This document shows, piece by piece, positions 22,387 through 32,572 of a DNA stretch of 64,000 nt (positions are counted from its first letter, which is position 1; every line of letters starts with the position of its first letter). The notes beneath the pieces were generated by a model. The model was given only the letters and a program-made list of their open reading frames with translations, made no database searches and had not been told where the DNA came from. Both the position numbers and the translations under genes were made by a program. The DNA comes from an uncultured beta proteobacterium (GTDB taxonomy: Bacteria > Pseudomonadota > Gammaproteobacteria > Burkholderiales > Burkholderiaceae), in NCBI GenBank assembly GCA_903995005.1, contig CAJEZV010000001.1, positions 11,309-75,308 of the forward strand, written 5' to 3'.

Positions 22387-23279
22387 ATTGTTGTTTCGCC
22401 TTCAAAGACAGTAACTGCCGGCCCGGTCATGATGACAGGTTGAATAATGCTATCGACAGTACCGCCCCAGGCAATGTGAAGATTGCCACCACGGGTATGC
22501 ACTTTGACAGGCGAATCCAGCAAGCCCCTTCTAATCCCTGAAACTACCGCTGCACAAGCGCCCGTGCCACAAGCTAGCGTTTCTCCAGCACCGCGTTCAT
22601 AAACACGCAATTTGATTTCATTGCGATTCATGACTTGCATATAGCCAGCATTTACTCTTTTGGGGAAAGCTAAATATTGTTCAATTTCAGCTCCCTCTTC
22701 AAGAACAGGAGCGCTCTCAACGTCCGCAACAACTTGGACTGCGTGCGGGTTACCCATTGAAAGTACGCCAACAAAACTATCATGCGTCGTAGGACGACTT
22801 AAAGGAAGTGCGTAAAGAGTTTCTTGAAACTCTTGCATGCTGGCTAACCCGTTTTCATTAAAGGGGATATGGCTATGCTCAAAAATGGGCGCCCCCATAT
22901 CCACTTCTACTTGGCCATCAGGATATGACTTGAGGGTAAGCACAGAATGCATAACCTCAACACGCAATGGATTTTTAGTCGATAAACCTTGATCCAATAC
23001 GAAGCGCACAAAGCAGCGTGAGCCGTTACCGCATTGCTCAACTTCGCCGCCATCGGCATTAAAAATCCGGTAACGAAAATCAGCGTCTTGACGCGTAGCT
23101 TTTTCAACAATCAGAATTTGATCTGCACCAATACCAAATTGACGGTGTGCTAATGCCTGCCATTGTTCACGTGTAATAGAGCTGAGGTCTTGATCAATGC
23201 CATTGAGCACAATGAAATCATTGCCAGCACCATGCATTTTGGTGAAGCGCAGTTTGCGTGACGGTGAATATGTGCTCAA
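22383..23279 (-). CDS. dapF: Diaminopimelate epimerase
   Basis: [32 protein letters not shown]. Confidence 0.97.
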   Translation of the reverse strand: MSTYSPSRKLRFTKMHGAGNDFIVLNGIDQDLSSITREQWQALAHRQFGIGADQILIVEKATRQDADFRYRIFNADGGEVEQCGNGSRCFVRFVLDQGLSTKNPLRVEVMHSVLTLKSYPDGQVEVDMGAPIFEHSHIPFNENGLASMQEFQETLYALPLSRPTTHDSFVGVLSMGNPHAVQVVADVESAPVLEEGAEIEQYLAFPKRVNAGYMQVMNRNEIKLRVYERGAGETLACGTGACAAVVSGIRRGLLDSPVKVHTRGGNLHIAWGGTVDSIIQPVIMTGPAVTVFEGETTI

Positions 23280-23290
23280 AATGTTTCCGC

Positions 23291-24190
23291 TTAATCGTAA
23301 AGACTGGTTTCGCCAGGAGGTCTATGTTTAAAACGCTTATGTACCCAATAGTACTCCGCCGGTCTTTCTTGAACAAGCTCTTCAATATAGTGATTAAGGC
23401 AAGCCGTATCTTTTTCGACATCATCACTTGGAAAGTTTGGTAAAGGCTTACTGATATGACAGGTGTAGCCTTTGCGATCTTGATTTAATGTCGTGGTCAT
23501 CAAGCAGACCTCTGCGCCACTGAGTTTGGCTAAGCGCGAAACTGATGTAATAGTATTGGTTTGAATGCCAAAGAAGGGGACAAAGACAGAGTCGCGTGGG
23601 CCCAAATCAATATCAGGGGCAATAAAGATAAAGTTTCCTGTTTGAATTTCACGAATGAGATCACGTAAGCGACTTTGTCTTTCGATAGATTTGCCGCCAA
23701 AGCGATTTCTCCACTCAATCATCTTTTGATTAAAAAATGGATTCTTCATATTTTGATAAAGGCCTGCACCCCTTGGCCATTCATGTTGGCTGGCTAAAAC
23801 CGATAGGGCCATAAATCCGCCCTCGAGTCCTACGAAGTGTGGATTAATCAGCAAGCGCGGCTTGCGATCACCCAGAGTAATCTCAGAATTAATAGCGACG
23901 ATATCGGTAATTTGTTTGCCACTGCCAAGCCAAATGCGACTTCTTTCCAAAACGCTGCGACCAAATAATTTCCAATGTTCTAGTGCTAGCGCATTAATTT
24001 CCTTTTCATTCAGATTCGGAAAGCACAAACGAAGATTGGTTTTCACTACATACGTACGCTCATTAGGTATATGGGCTACAAGCCAGCCGAGGCCATAACC
24101 CGTATAGATGGTGATGGAGTATGGAAGGAAGGCGAAGATGCGCAAGAGATTGAGCGCCAGAAAATTGAAGAGGTTATGTAGCCAGACCAT
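23291..24190 (-). CDS. Lipid A biosynthesis acyltransferase (LpxL/HtrB family)
   Basis: [35 protein letters not shown]. Confidence 0.9.
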   Translation of the reverse strand: MVWLHNLFNFLALNLLRIFAFLPYSITIYTGYGLGWLVAHIPNERTYVVKTNLRLCFPNLNEKEINALALEHWKLFGRSVLERSRIWLGSGKQITDIVAINSEITLGDRKPRLLINPHFVGLEGGFMALSVLASQHEWPRGAGLYQNMKNPFFNQKMIEWRNRFGGKSIERQSRLRDLIREIQTGNFIFIAPDIDLGPRDSVFVPFFGIQTNTITSVSRLAKLSGAEVCLMTTTLNQDRKGYTCHISKPLPNFPSDDVEKDTACLNHYIEELVQERPAEYYWVHKRFKHRPPGETSLYD

Positions 24191-24205
24191 TTCAAAATTT
24201 TATAA

Positions 24206-25066
24206 CTAATTACTTGGGGGCAATTCTGCACCAGTGGGATGCTTATAGCGGTTGTAAGACCAAATAAATTGTTCGGGGGCAATGAGTACCGCATTCTCAA
24301 TGGCAGCATTGATCTGAGTAGCTGCAATATTGGCATCTTCAGATAAGGTAGCTAGTCTAGTAGCCTGCATTAACCAACCCTTGCCAATGCCTTTGCGTTT
24401 CGCGGTAAACATGACTACTGGCGTGTTGTTGCGATTTGCTAGGCGTGCAGGTAATGGAGTGGTGTAGGCGGGCCGCCCAAAGAATGGCACCCAAACACCC
24501 TCGCCACCACTAGGAACCTGATCAGGAAGAATGCCAATGGCCTCGCCGCGAGTGAGTGCCCTGGTCATCTGACGCACACCATTGAGATTGGTGGGAACAA
24601 AATGCATATTAGGATAGGCGCGGCCTTCTTCAACCACTTCATTGAGCCACTCTTGACGTGAGGGTCTATACAAAATAGTTGCGGTGAAATGTTGAGCCAA
24701 CACACGAGGGATGATTTCAAAACCACCAAGATGGGGCGTCAGCATCACCAAGCCATGACCCTCATTGACGGCTGATTCGACTACATCCCAGTTATGCACT
24801 TCAACTAATTTGAGTGCTTTCTGGGGATTACGCCAAATCCATAAGCTATCTGAAAACAGCATTCCAGAGGCTCTAATGGCCTCCCAAAGCCTCATGGGGA
24901 GTTTGTGGGCCCTAACTACAGCTTCGTATTGCGGGCGAAAGAGTGAGCGGTATTGCTTGGAGCCCATATAGGCCAGCATGCCCATACACGCTCCAACCAC
25001 TTGCATGAGAGCAAGTGGAAGGTCGGTAAGACTATTGAGGCTAAGCTTAAGAAGAAGTTTTCGCAC
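24206..25066 (-). CDS. Lysophospholipid/lipid A acyltransferase family protein
   Basis: TPHLGGFE (HX4E), LPDQVP, PFFG, PEQFIWSYNRYK. Confidence 0.9.
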   Translation of the reverse strand: MRKLLLKLSLNSLTDLPLALMQVVGACMGMLAYMGSKQYRSLFRPQYEAVVRAHKLPMRLWEAIRASGMLFSDSLWIWRNPQKALKLVEVHNWDVVESAVNEGHGLVMLTPHLGGFEIIPRVLAQHFTATILYRPSRQEWLNEVVEEGRAYPNMHFVPTNLNGVRQMTRALTRGEAIGILPDQVPSGGEGVWVPFFGRPAYTTPLPARLANRNNTPVVMFTAKRKGIGKGWLMQATRLATLSEDANIAATQINAAIENAVLIAPEQFIWSYNRYKHPTGAELPPSN

Positions 25067-25114
25067 CCCCCAATGATATTCAATGCTGCCATCAGGGCCA
25101 AATTTAAGTTCGGC

Positions 25115-25144
25115 TTGATAGATTAAGCTCTTTTCGGATAAAAT
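25115..25144 (+). promoter_or_regulatory. Putative sigma70 promoter of metK
   Basis: TTGATA (25115-20), 18-bp spacer, TAAAAT (25139-44); predicted start ~25151 coincides with the 5' end of the riboswitch. Confidence 0.6.
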
Positions 25145-25150
25145 TGAAAC

Positions 25151-25203
25151 ATCGCTGAGTTAAGACAACTTGCAGGGCGATTCAAATATTCTGCTAAAGC
25201 GTC
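25151..25203 (+). ncRNA. SAM-II riboswitch upstream of metK
   Basis: P1 ATCGC/GCGAT enclosing TGAGTT-AA-GAC-AAC-TTGCAG; 3' CTGCTAAAGCGTC pairs with GCAG and GAC (H-type pseudoknot); conserved TTGC and GCTAAA; upstream of SAM synthetase. Confidence 0.8.
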
Positions 25204-25268
25204 GCCGTTGTGGTTCCTGGCGCGTCGAGTTGTCCAATAGATCGTGTTAATTATTAAAGGAATAGGCA

Positions 25269-26435
25269 ATGGCAAACGATTACTTCTTTACCTCAGAATC
25301 AGTTTCTGAAGGTCACCCCGATAAAGTAGCAGACCAAATTTCTGATGCCATTTTGGACTCCATCTTGGCCCAAGATCCAACTGCACGTGTTGCAGCAGAA
25401 ACTTTATGTAACACCGGCTTGGTAGTTCTTGCTGGTGAAATTACTACCAATGCAAACGTTGACTATATTCAAGTTGCCCGCAATACCTTGCGTGAAATCG
25501 GCTATGACAATACTGACTACGGCATTGATTACAAAGGTTGCGCAGTTTTAGTTGCATATGACAAGCAAAGCCCAGACATTGCTCAGGGTGTTGATAAGGC
25601 GCATGACGATGGTCTAGACCAGGGTGCTGGTGACCAAGGTTTGATGTTTGGTTATGCTTGCGATGAAACTTCAGAGCTTATGCCTTTGCCGATTCATTTG
25701 TCACATCGCTTGGTAGAGCGTCAATCACAATTGCGTCGCGATGGCCGTCTTAATTGGTTGCGTCCTGACGCAAAGTCACAAGTTACCTTGCGCTATGTTG
25801 ATGGCAAGCCTGACTCGATCGACACGGTTGTGTTGTCCACTCAACACGATGAGGATATTTCTCTTGAAAAATTACGTGAAGCGGTGATCGAAGAGATCAT
25901 CAAACCGGTATTACCTAAGCATTTGGTTAAAGGTGCGATTAACTTCTTAGTGAACCCAACAGGTCGCTTTGTTATTGGTGGCCCACAAGGCGATTGCGGT
26001 TTAACTGGCCGCAAAATTATTGTCGATACCTACGGTGGCGCAGCTCCTCATGGTGGTGGTGCGTTCTCCGGCAAGGATCCCTCTAAGGTTGATCGCTCTG
26101 CTGCATACGCCGGTCGTTATGTTGCGAAGAACGTGGTTGCTGCTGGTTTGGCAAGCAAGTGCTTGATTCAGATTTCTTATGCAATTGGCGTCGCTAAACC
26201 AACTTCAGTGATGGTGAGCACATTTGGCACCGGGAAGGTCTCCGATGAAAAGATTGCGCAATTAGTTTCTGAGCACTTTGATTTGCGTCCAAAAGGAATT
26301 GTGAAGATGCTTAACCTCTTGCGCCCTATTTATCGCAAGACTGCTGCTTATGGTCATTTTGGCCGCGAGGAGCCAGAATTCACTTGGGAGCAAGCAGATA
26401 AAGCGGCAGCATTACGTGCTGCAGCGGGCTTATAA
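25269..26435 (+). CDS. metK: S-adenosylmethionine synthetase
   Basis: [28 protein letters not shown]. Confidence 0.98.
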   Translation: MANDYFFTSESVSEGHPDKVADQISDAILDSILAQDPTARVAAETLCNTGLVVLAGEITTNANVDYIQVARNTLREIGYDNTDYGIDYKGCAVLVAYDKQSPDIAQGVDKAHDDGLDQGAGDQGLMFGYACDETSELMPLPIHLSHRLVERQSQLRRDGRLNWLRPDAKSQVTLRYVDGKPDSIDTVVLSTQHDEDISLEKLREAVIEEIIKPVLPKHLVKGAINFLVNPTGRFVIGGPQGDCGLTGRKIIVDTYGGAAPHGGGAFSGKDPSKVDRSAAYAGRYVAKNVVAAGLASKCLIQISYAIGVAKPTSVMVSTFGTGKVSDEKIAQLVSEHFDLRPKGIVKMLNLLRPIYRKTAAYGHFGREEPEFTWEQADKAAALRAAAGL

Positions 26436-26474
26436 ATAGTAAAAAAAGCAGTTTGTAGACGTATTGAAGCGAAA

Positions 26475-26504
26475 TATGGCGTAATTGTTTACAATTACGC
26501 CATA
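26475..26504. repeat. Perfect 14-bp inverted repeat (2-nt spacer)
   Basis: TATGGCGTAATTGT-TT-ACAATTACGCCATA, between metK and the SAH riboswitch. Confidence 0.85.
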
Positions 26505-26604
26505 CCTTCAAGGAGCGTTGCAAGGAATACTGATACTGAGTATTTCCCCAGGCTTGAAGGGAGCGGGCTCTTAATCAGAGTTTGCTAATTGCAACCGCGC
26601 TCGC
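26505..26604 (+). ncRNA. SAH riboswitch upstream of ahcY
   Basis: P1 CCTTCAAG/CTTGAAGG, conserved GAGCGTTGC and CCAGG, 3' CAACCGCGCTC pseudoknot partner, P2 GGAATAC/GTATTTCC; directly upstream of ahcY. Confidence 0.9.
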
Positions 26605-26670
26605 TAACCCATGATTCAACGGCTAGCGAGTTTGCACTCCAGCATTGGATCGTATTTAGCTGGAGCATTA

Positions 26671-28116
26671 ATGAATACCGTTTCTGATTTAAACAACTTT
26701 GTTGCAACTCGTTGCGCGATTGCTGATATTTCTTTAGCTGATTTTGGCCGTAAAGAAATTGCGATCGCTGAAACTGAGATGCCTGGCTTGATCGCCATTC
26801 GTGATGAATTTGCTGCCCAACAACCACTGCGTGGTGCGCGCATCACTGGTTCGTTGCACATGACCATTCAAACTGCTGTATTGATTGAGACCCTTGAGGC
26901 TCTAGGCGCCGAAGTTCAGTGGGCTTCTTGCAATATTTTCTCAACACAAGACCATGCTGCAGCAGCAATCGCTGCTAACGGTACGCCTGTATTTGCTATC
27001 AAGGGCGAGACTCTTGAGCAATACTGGGATTTCACCCATCGTATTTTTGAGTGGGCTGATGGCGGCTTCACCAATATGATTTTGGATGATGGTGGCGATG
27101 CAACTTTGCTATTGCACCTCGGCGCACGTGCTGAAAAAGATCAGGCTTGCTTGAATCACCCAACTAGCGAAGAAGAAACGATTTTATTTGCTGCTATTAA
27201 GAAAAAATTAGCGCAAGATCCAACGTGGTATTCCACACGTTTGGAAAAAGTAAAAGGCGTTACAGAAGAAACTACTACTGGTGTACACCGTTTGTATCAA
27301 ATGTTTGCTAAAGGTGAGCTGAAGTTCCCAGCAATTAACGTGAACGACTCTGTAACCAAGAGCAAGTTCGATAATCTCTATGGTTGCCGTGAGTCTTTGG
27401 TTGATGCAATTAAACGTGCCACTGACGTGATGGTAGCAGGCAAGGTTGCGGTAGTTTGTGGATATGGTGACGTGGGCAAGGGCTCAGCCCAAGCCTTGCG
27501 CGCTCTTTCTGCTCAAGTTTGGGTGACTGAGGTTGATCCAATTTGCGCACTCCAAGCTGCGATGGAAGGTTATCGTGTTGTCACGATGGATTACGCTGCT
27601 GATAAAGCAGATATTTTTGTTTCCGCTACTGGCAATTACCATGTGATTACCCATGACCATATGGCGAAGATGAAGAATCAAGCCATCGTTTGTAACATTG
27701 GCCACTTCGATAATGAGATTGATGTTGCTGGTATTGAAAAATACAAGTGGGAAGAGATTAAGCCTCAGGTTGATCATGTAATTTTCCCGGCAAGCAATGG
27801 CAAGCCTGAAAAGCGCATCATCATTCTGGCCAAAGGCCGCTTGGTAAACCTGGGTTGCGGTACAGGTCACCCTTCCTATGTAATGAGCTCTTCATTTGCA
27901 AACCAAGTGATTGCTCAGATCGAATTATGGAATGCAGTTGGTACCAATAAATATCCGGTTGGCGTATATACATTGCCTAAGCATTTGGATGAGAAGGTTG
28001 CACGTTTGCAGCTCAAGACCCTAAATGCTGAGCTCACTGTGTTATCTGATCAGCAGGCTGCCTACATTAACGTAACGAAGGAAGGCCCATACAAGGCTGA
28101 CCACTATCGTTATTAA
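26671..28116 (+). CDS. ahcY: Adenosylhomocysteinase
   Basis: [32 protein letters not shown]; ATG at 26671 after GGAG. Confidence 0.98.
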   Translation: MNTVSDLNNFVATRCAIADISLADFGRKEIAIAETEMPGLIAIRDEFAAQQPLRGARITGSLHMTIQTAVLIETLEALGAEVQWASCNIFSTQDHAAAAIAANGTPVFAIKGETLEQYWDFTHRIFEWADGGFTNMILDDGGDATLLLHLGARAEKDQACLNHPTSEEETILFAAIKKKLAQDPTWYSTRLEKVKGVTEETTTGVHRLYQMFAKGELKFPAINVNDSVTKSKFDNLYGCRESLVDAIKRATDVMVAGKVAVVCGYGDVGKGSAQALRALSAQVWVTEVDPICALQAAMEGYRVVTMDYAADKADIFVSATGNYHVITHDHMAKMKNQAIVCNIGHFDNEIDVAGIEKYKWEEIKPQVDHVIFPASNGKPEKRIIILAKGRLVNLGCGTGHPSYVMSSSFANQVIAQIELWNAVGTNKYPVGVYTLPKHLDEKVARLQLKTLNAELTVLSDQQAAYINVTKEGPYKADHYRY

Positions 28117-28150
28117 TCCATTTGTTTAATAGATACCTAGGCCCAAAATC

Positions 28151-28981
28151 ATGGAATTAAGCGTCGAATTCTTTCCTCCAAAAACACCTGAAGGTGAGAA
28201 GAAGCTACATCTTGTGCGCGAGCGTTTTAGTGAAACGCTTAAGCCTGCGTTTTATTCCGTGACCTTTGGTGCCGGTGGATCTACTCAGTCTGGCACATTA
28301 AAGGTGGTTAGCGATATACATGCTGCTGGTGCAGTAGTTGCTCCCCATTTATCTTGTGTTGGTAGCTCACGTGAAAGCGTGCGCGAAATGTTGAAACAAT
28401 ATCAAGCATTAGGCGTGAAGCGCATTGTGGCTTTGCGAGGCGACTTGCCGTCTGGCATGGGTCAGTATGGCGAGTTTCATCATGCCAATGAGTTGGTAGA
28501 ATTTATTCGGACAGAAACTGGCGATTGGTTTCATATTGATGTAGCTGCCTATCCAGAGACGCATCCACAGGCAAAGTCTCCTGCGAGCGATGTAGATTTC
28601 TTCGTGCAAAAAATGAAGGCTGGCGCTAATTCTGCTGTGACTCAGTATTTCTATAACAGCGATGCTTACTTCCGTTTTGTCGATGAGGCTTACGACCTAG
28701 GCGTTGCCCAACCCGTCATTGCAGGCATTATGCCGATAACCAATAGCACCCAGTTATTACGCTTTTCAGATGCTTGTGGCGCTGAGATTCCTCGCTGGAT
28801 TCGTTTACGCCTTCAATCCTACGGTGATGATATTGCTTCTATCCGTGCATTTGGTGAAGAAGTAGTGACTGATTTATGTGATCAGTTGCTAACTGCAGGT
28901 GCCCCAGGATTGCATTTCTATTCTTTGAATCAAGCGGATGCTGTTTTAGCAATTGCTGATAATTTAGACTTAACGAAATAA
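28151..28981 (+). CDS. metF: 5,10-methylenetetrahydrofolate reductase
   Basis: SVEFFPPK, ALRGD, AAYPE.HP, GLHFYSLN. Confidence 0.96.
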   Translation: MELSVEFFPPKTPEGEKKLHLVRERFSETLKPAFYSVTFGAGGSTQSGTLKVVSDIHAAGAVVAPHLSCVGSSRESVREMLKQYQALGVKRIVALRGDLPSGMGQYGEFHHANELVEFIRTETGDWFHIDVAAYPETHPQAKSPASDVDFFVQKMKAGANSAVTQYFYNSDAYFRFVDEAYDLGVAQPVIAGIMPITNSTQLLRFSDACGAEIPRWIRLRLQSYGDDIASIRAFGEEVVTDLCDQLLTAGAPGLHFYSLNQADAVLAIADNLDLTK

Positions 28982-29587
28982 GCCAGACTCTGTGAGCAGC
29001 ATATCTAAAGGCTCATCATGAGTTTGAGCCGCCCACTGGGCATCATTGAGTTTTTGCCAATCAAAGCCAATCCCAATACAAGTAAGCTTGGGATTGTGCT
29101 TTCTGAGTTCGGCGAGAGTTCGATCAAAGTAACCGCCGCCATATCCTAGCCGCCAATATTGAGTTTTGCCATTCTCAATAGAACTTGACCATCCTACGCA
29201 GGGAATCAGGATGTAATCAGGATTGACTGCTGGTCTTGAGGAGTTATTTGGGCTTGGTTCTGGCACGCCATGTTGACTTAGGGTTAACTCATCACCTTCT
29301 TGCCATTCATAAAAGTCGAGGTGTTTATCAGCACGGGCAAATGGGAGTGCAAGGCGGCGCCCGGCCTTTTGATGCGCCCAAGCAATTAATGCAGGGCGTA
29401 AATCAATTTCATCTTGAATTGGCCAATAAAGCGCTATAACTCGCTGTGAATTGCAATCCTCAGTTAAAAACTGATTGAGACTGGCAATCAGGAGATCTTT
29501 AGTCTGGCCATAATTTTGCCTAGCAGCAAATTCTTTACGTTGCTTTAACAAATCTTGACGAAGAGTTTTTGGTGAATTACCGTGCAT
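28970..29587 (-). CDS. 5-formyltetrahydrofolate cyclo-ligase
   Basis: LYWPIQDEID, PEP, RLGYGGGYFDR, HDEPLD; start uncertain (29587 or 29596). Confidence 0.92.
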   Translation of the reverse strand: MHGNSPKTLRQDLLKQRKEFAARQNYGQTKDLLIASLNQFLTEDCNSQRVIALYWPIQDEIDLRPALIAWAHQKAGRRLALPFARADKHLDFYEWQEGDELTLSQHGVPEPSPNNSSRPAVNPDYILIPCVGWSSSIENGKTQYWRLGYGGGYFDRTLAELRKHNPKLTCIGIGFDWQKLNDAQWAAQTHDEPLDMLLTESGLFR

Positions 29588-29691
29588 ATCGTCCATTATC
29601 AGGCGAAAATTAGAAGATATAGTAAACATCTTAATGCCAGGCGAATACTGGTGAATCTGTACAGGGCTAGACAGTGAAAAAGAAGTCTCAA

Positions 29692-31638
29692 ATGATCAAA
29701 ATTAATCAGTTCCACTGGACCAAGATATTGATCCTTGGACTAGCCTTGGCTATGCCCAGTGCTTTTGCAGAAAAGACAAAAAAAGCGAGCATGCCAAAGT
29801 CGTATGAGAGCAAGGCCGCCCCAGCAGAGATCAATGATACCGATCGAACGTTTATTGATCTTCGAGAAGCTGCCAGGAAGAATGATGTCTTTCGTACGCA
29901 ACAGCTTTCATCCAGCTTGGCAGCGTATCCATTTGATGACTATGTAGCGTATTTTCGAATTAAACCCCAATTATTTGATAGTGGTGGTGGGCCCCGTGGT
30001 GATTACAGTGCTGATGCCGAGGTGGTTGCGTTTTTAAATCAGTATCAAGGCACTGCTTTGGCTGATCGCATGCGTAATGATTGGTTATTAGTCTTGGGTA
30101 AGCGAAAAGACTGGGCTCGTTTTGATTTGGAGTATGCCAAGTTTGTTTTGGATGATGACACTCAGGTGAAGTGCTATTCCTTGCTGTCAAAATTATCGCA
30201 AGGCGAGAATCCAACTAAATTAGCAATCGACTCTCGCTCAATCTTGTTGGATCCAAGCTATTTTGGACAAGCTTGCCAAGAGCTGGTTCCTTCCTTAGTT
30301 GCTGCCGGTGGTATGACGCCTAGCGAGGCAAAGGCAATTGGCCGCGCAGCAAGCGAAAGAGGTTTTGACACCATGGCACGTCGCTTGGGCGGTGAAGATC
30401 CTATTGTAGAAATCGTCAAGGCTGCTAAGGCCGATCCTGCTAGGACCCACCGTGATTTTTTGCAAACCTCCTCACGCTACAGCAAAGAGAATCAGGCTGT
30501 TGCTTGGGGTGTCATTGGTCAATTTCTGGCAAAGAAATTAGATCCAAATGCTGATGATGCTTATCGCTTGCAGCAAGAGCTTGGCTATAACGAATTACTC
30601 TCAGTGGAGTCGCAAGAGTGGAAGGTTCGCGCAGGCTTGCGCGCCAAGGATTGGCCTTTAGTAAAAAATGCTATCGAGGGTATGAACCCTGTAGTTCGAA
30701 GTAAAGATCCTGCTTGGACTTATTGGTACGGCCGCGCTTTAAAAGCTGAAGGTCAAGATGCAAAGGCCAAAGAGAGTTTTGAGTTGATTGCAGACCAATA
30801 CAACTTTTATGGTCAGCTAGCACGTGAAGAGTTGGGTAGATCGAATCATGCGCCAGCTCGAACTAAAGTGACTGAGCAAGAGATTGATGCGATGGCTAGT
30901 CGCAAGGGCTTTATCAGGGGCGAGCGTTTGTATGCCATGAATCTGCGCTTTGAAGGTAATCGCGAGTGGAATTGGGAGCTGCGCAATATGACAGATAAGC
31001 AGTTGCTCGCCGCGGCTGAATACGCCAAACGTATTCATTTATATGATCGTGTCGTCAATACTGCGGATCGCACAAAACAAGAGCATGACTTTAGTTTGCG
31101 CTATCCAACTCCTTTCAGGGATGAGCTTTCGCCCATTGCTAGACAGATTGATTTAAATTTGGCCTGGGCCTATGGACTCATTCGTCAGGAGTCACGCTTT
31201 ATCATGAATGCATCCTCATCAGTTGGCGCTTCAGGTTTGATGCAAGTAATGCCAAACACAGCAAAGTATGTTGCTAAAAAGATTGGCATGATTAACTACA
31301 CTAATGACAAGCTAAGCGATACCAATACCAATTTAACTTTAGGAAGTAATTACCTGAATATGGTTTTAGTTGATCTAGATGGTTCTTGGGTGCTAGCATC
31401 TGCTGCCTATAACGCGGGTCCCTCACGCTCAAAAGCATGGCGTGAGAAGTTAACCAGCCCAACAGAGGGTGCGATCTTTGCTGAGACTATTCCCTTTAAT
31501 GAAACGCGGACTTACGTGAAGAATGTCCTCTCAAATGCCAATTACTATTCCTCTGTGATGAATGGGCAAGCACCATCATTGAAGCAACGCTTAGGGGTTA
31601 TTTCCCCTAAGGCAGCAACTCAATCTGAATTACCTTAA
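29692..31638 (+). CDS. slt: Soluble lytic murein transglycosylase (Slt70-like)
   Basis: Signal peptide; IRQESRF, GLMQVMP, AYNAG, ETRTYV. Confidence 0.93.
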   Translation: MIKINQFHWTKILILGLALAMPSAFAEKTKKASMPKSYESKAAPAEINDTDRTFIDLREAARKNDVFRTQQLSSSLAAYPFDDYVAYFRIKPQLFDSGGGPRGDYSADAEVVAFLNQYQGTALADRMRNDWLLVLGKRKDWARFDLEYAKFVLDDDTQVKCYSLLSKLSQGENPTKLAIDSRSILLDPSYFGQACQELVPSLVAAGGMTPSEAKAIGRAASERGFDTMARRLGGEDPIVEIVKAAKADPARTHRDFLQTSSRYSKENQAVAWGVIGQFLAKKLDPNADDAYRLQQELGYNELLSVESQEWKVRAGLRAKDWPLVKNAIEGMNPVVRSKDPAWTYWYGRALKAEGQDAKAKESFELIADQYNFYGQLAREELGRSNHAPARTKVTEQEIDAMASRKGFIRGERLYAMNLRFEGNREWNWELRNMTDKQLLAAAEYAKRIHLYDRVVNTADRTKQEHDFSLRYPTPFRDELSPIARQIDLNLAWAYGLIRQESRFIMNASSSVGASGLMQVMPNTAKYVAKKIGMINYTNDKLSDTNTNLTLGSNYLNMVLVDLDGSWVLASAAYNAGPSRSKAWREKLTSPTEGAIFAETIPFNETRTYVKNVLSNANYYSSVMNGQAPSLKQRLGVISPKAATQSELP

Positions 31639-31663
31639 TTAGTATTCATCAATAAGAGAGCTC

Positions 31664-32572
31664 ATGAAATACGACATACTTTTGATTGGCGGCAATGGAT
31701 TTGTTGGGCGAGTAATAGCTGCACAATTACAAATGCAGGGTTATTCCGTTCTTTTGCCTACAAGCCATCTTGCTGTAGGCCGTGAATTACGCATGCTACC
31801 TAAGGTGCATTTAGAAGATGCTGATGTACATGATTTTGATGAGCTGCAATTTCTATGTGCGCGCATTGAATCTAATGGGGCCGTGATTAATTTGGTTGGT
31901 GTCTTGCACGATAAGCCAGCGCAACCTTATGGAAAGGTGTTTAAGGCGGCTCACGTAGACTTGCCAAAAAATATTATCACTGCGATGCAAATTCATGGTC
32001 TTAAGCGTTATCTGCATATGAGTGCCTTGGGTGCAGATGCAAATGGACCATCTATGTATCAGCGCAGCAAGGGCGATGGTGAAGTCGCAGTCAAGGCGAG
32101 TAATTTAGATTGGACCATCTTTAGGCCATCGGTAATCTTTGGTGCCCAAGATCAATTTATTAATTTATTTGCAAAGCTAACTAAATTTTTTCCAGCAATG
32201 CCTTTGGCAAATCATCAGGCTAAATTTCAGCCAGTGAGTGTAGACGACGTGGCAACAGCTTTTGTTATGGCACTAACAATGCCTCAGACTATTCATCAAT
32301 CATATGATTTAGTAGGGCCTACGGTCTACACCATGAAAGAAATTGTGGAGTTTGCGGCACGCAAAGCTAAAACATCTTGCGCCATTATTCCAGTACCTGC
32401 CTTTGTAGGTTATCTCCAAGCCCTTGCATTTGAATTCTTGCCAGGGCCTACCTTGATGTCGCGTGACAATATTGCCTCGATGCAATTGCCTAATGTATTG
32501 CCTGTAAATGGTCAGGATGCATTAAGTGAAGTATTTGGTATCAGTCGGCGCACTCTAGAGGGTATGCGGTAA
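31664..32572 (+). CDS. NAD(P)-binding atypical SDR, complex I NDUFA9-like
   Basis: GGNGFVG, INLVG, SALGA, Y.RSK, RPSVIFG, FQPVSV.DVA. Confidence 0.88.
   Translation: MKYDILLIGGNGFVGRVIAAQLQMQGYSVLLPTSHLAVGRELRMLPKVHLEDADVHDFDELQFLCARIESNGAVINLVGVLHDKPAQPYGKVFKAAHVDLPKNIITAMQIHGLKRYLHMSALGADANGPSMYQRSKGDGEVAVKASNLDWTIFRPSVIFGAQDQFINLFAKLTKFFPAMPLANHQAKFQPVSVDDVATAFVMALTMPQTIHQSYDLVGPTVYTMKEIVEFAARKAKTSCAIIPVPAFVGYLQALAFEFLPGPTLMSRDNIASMQLPNVLPVNGQDALSEVFGISRRTLEGMR

Noticed and set aside
26611-26670. N-terminal extensions in the ORF track (ahcY from 26611; likewise hup 3602, gpx 62888, ampG 19547, 3045 ORF)
   Set aside because: Downstream starts have better RBS or family-typical N-termini; the extensions run into leaders or neighbouring genes.
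29588-29691. 6S RNA upstream of 5-formyl-THF cyclo-ligase (as in ssrS-ygfA)
   Set aside because: The spacer is ~100 bp, is shared with divergent slt, and has no long rod-like hairpin.
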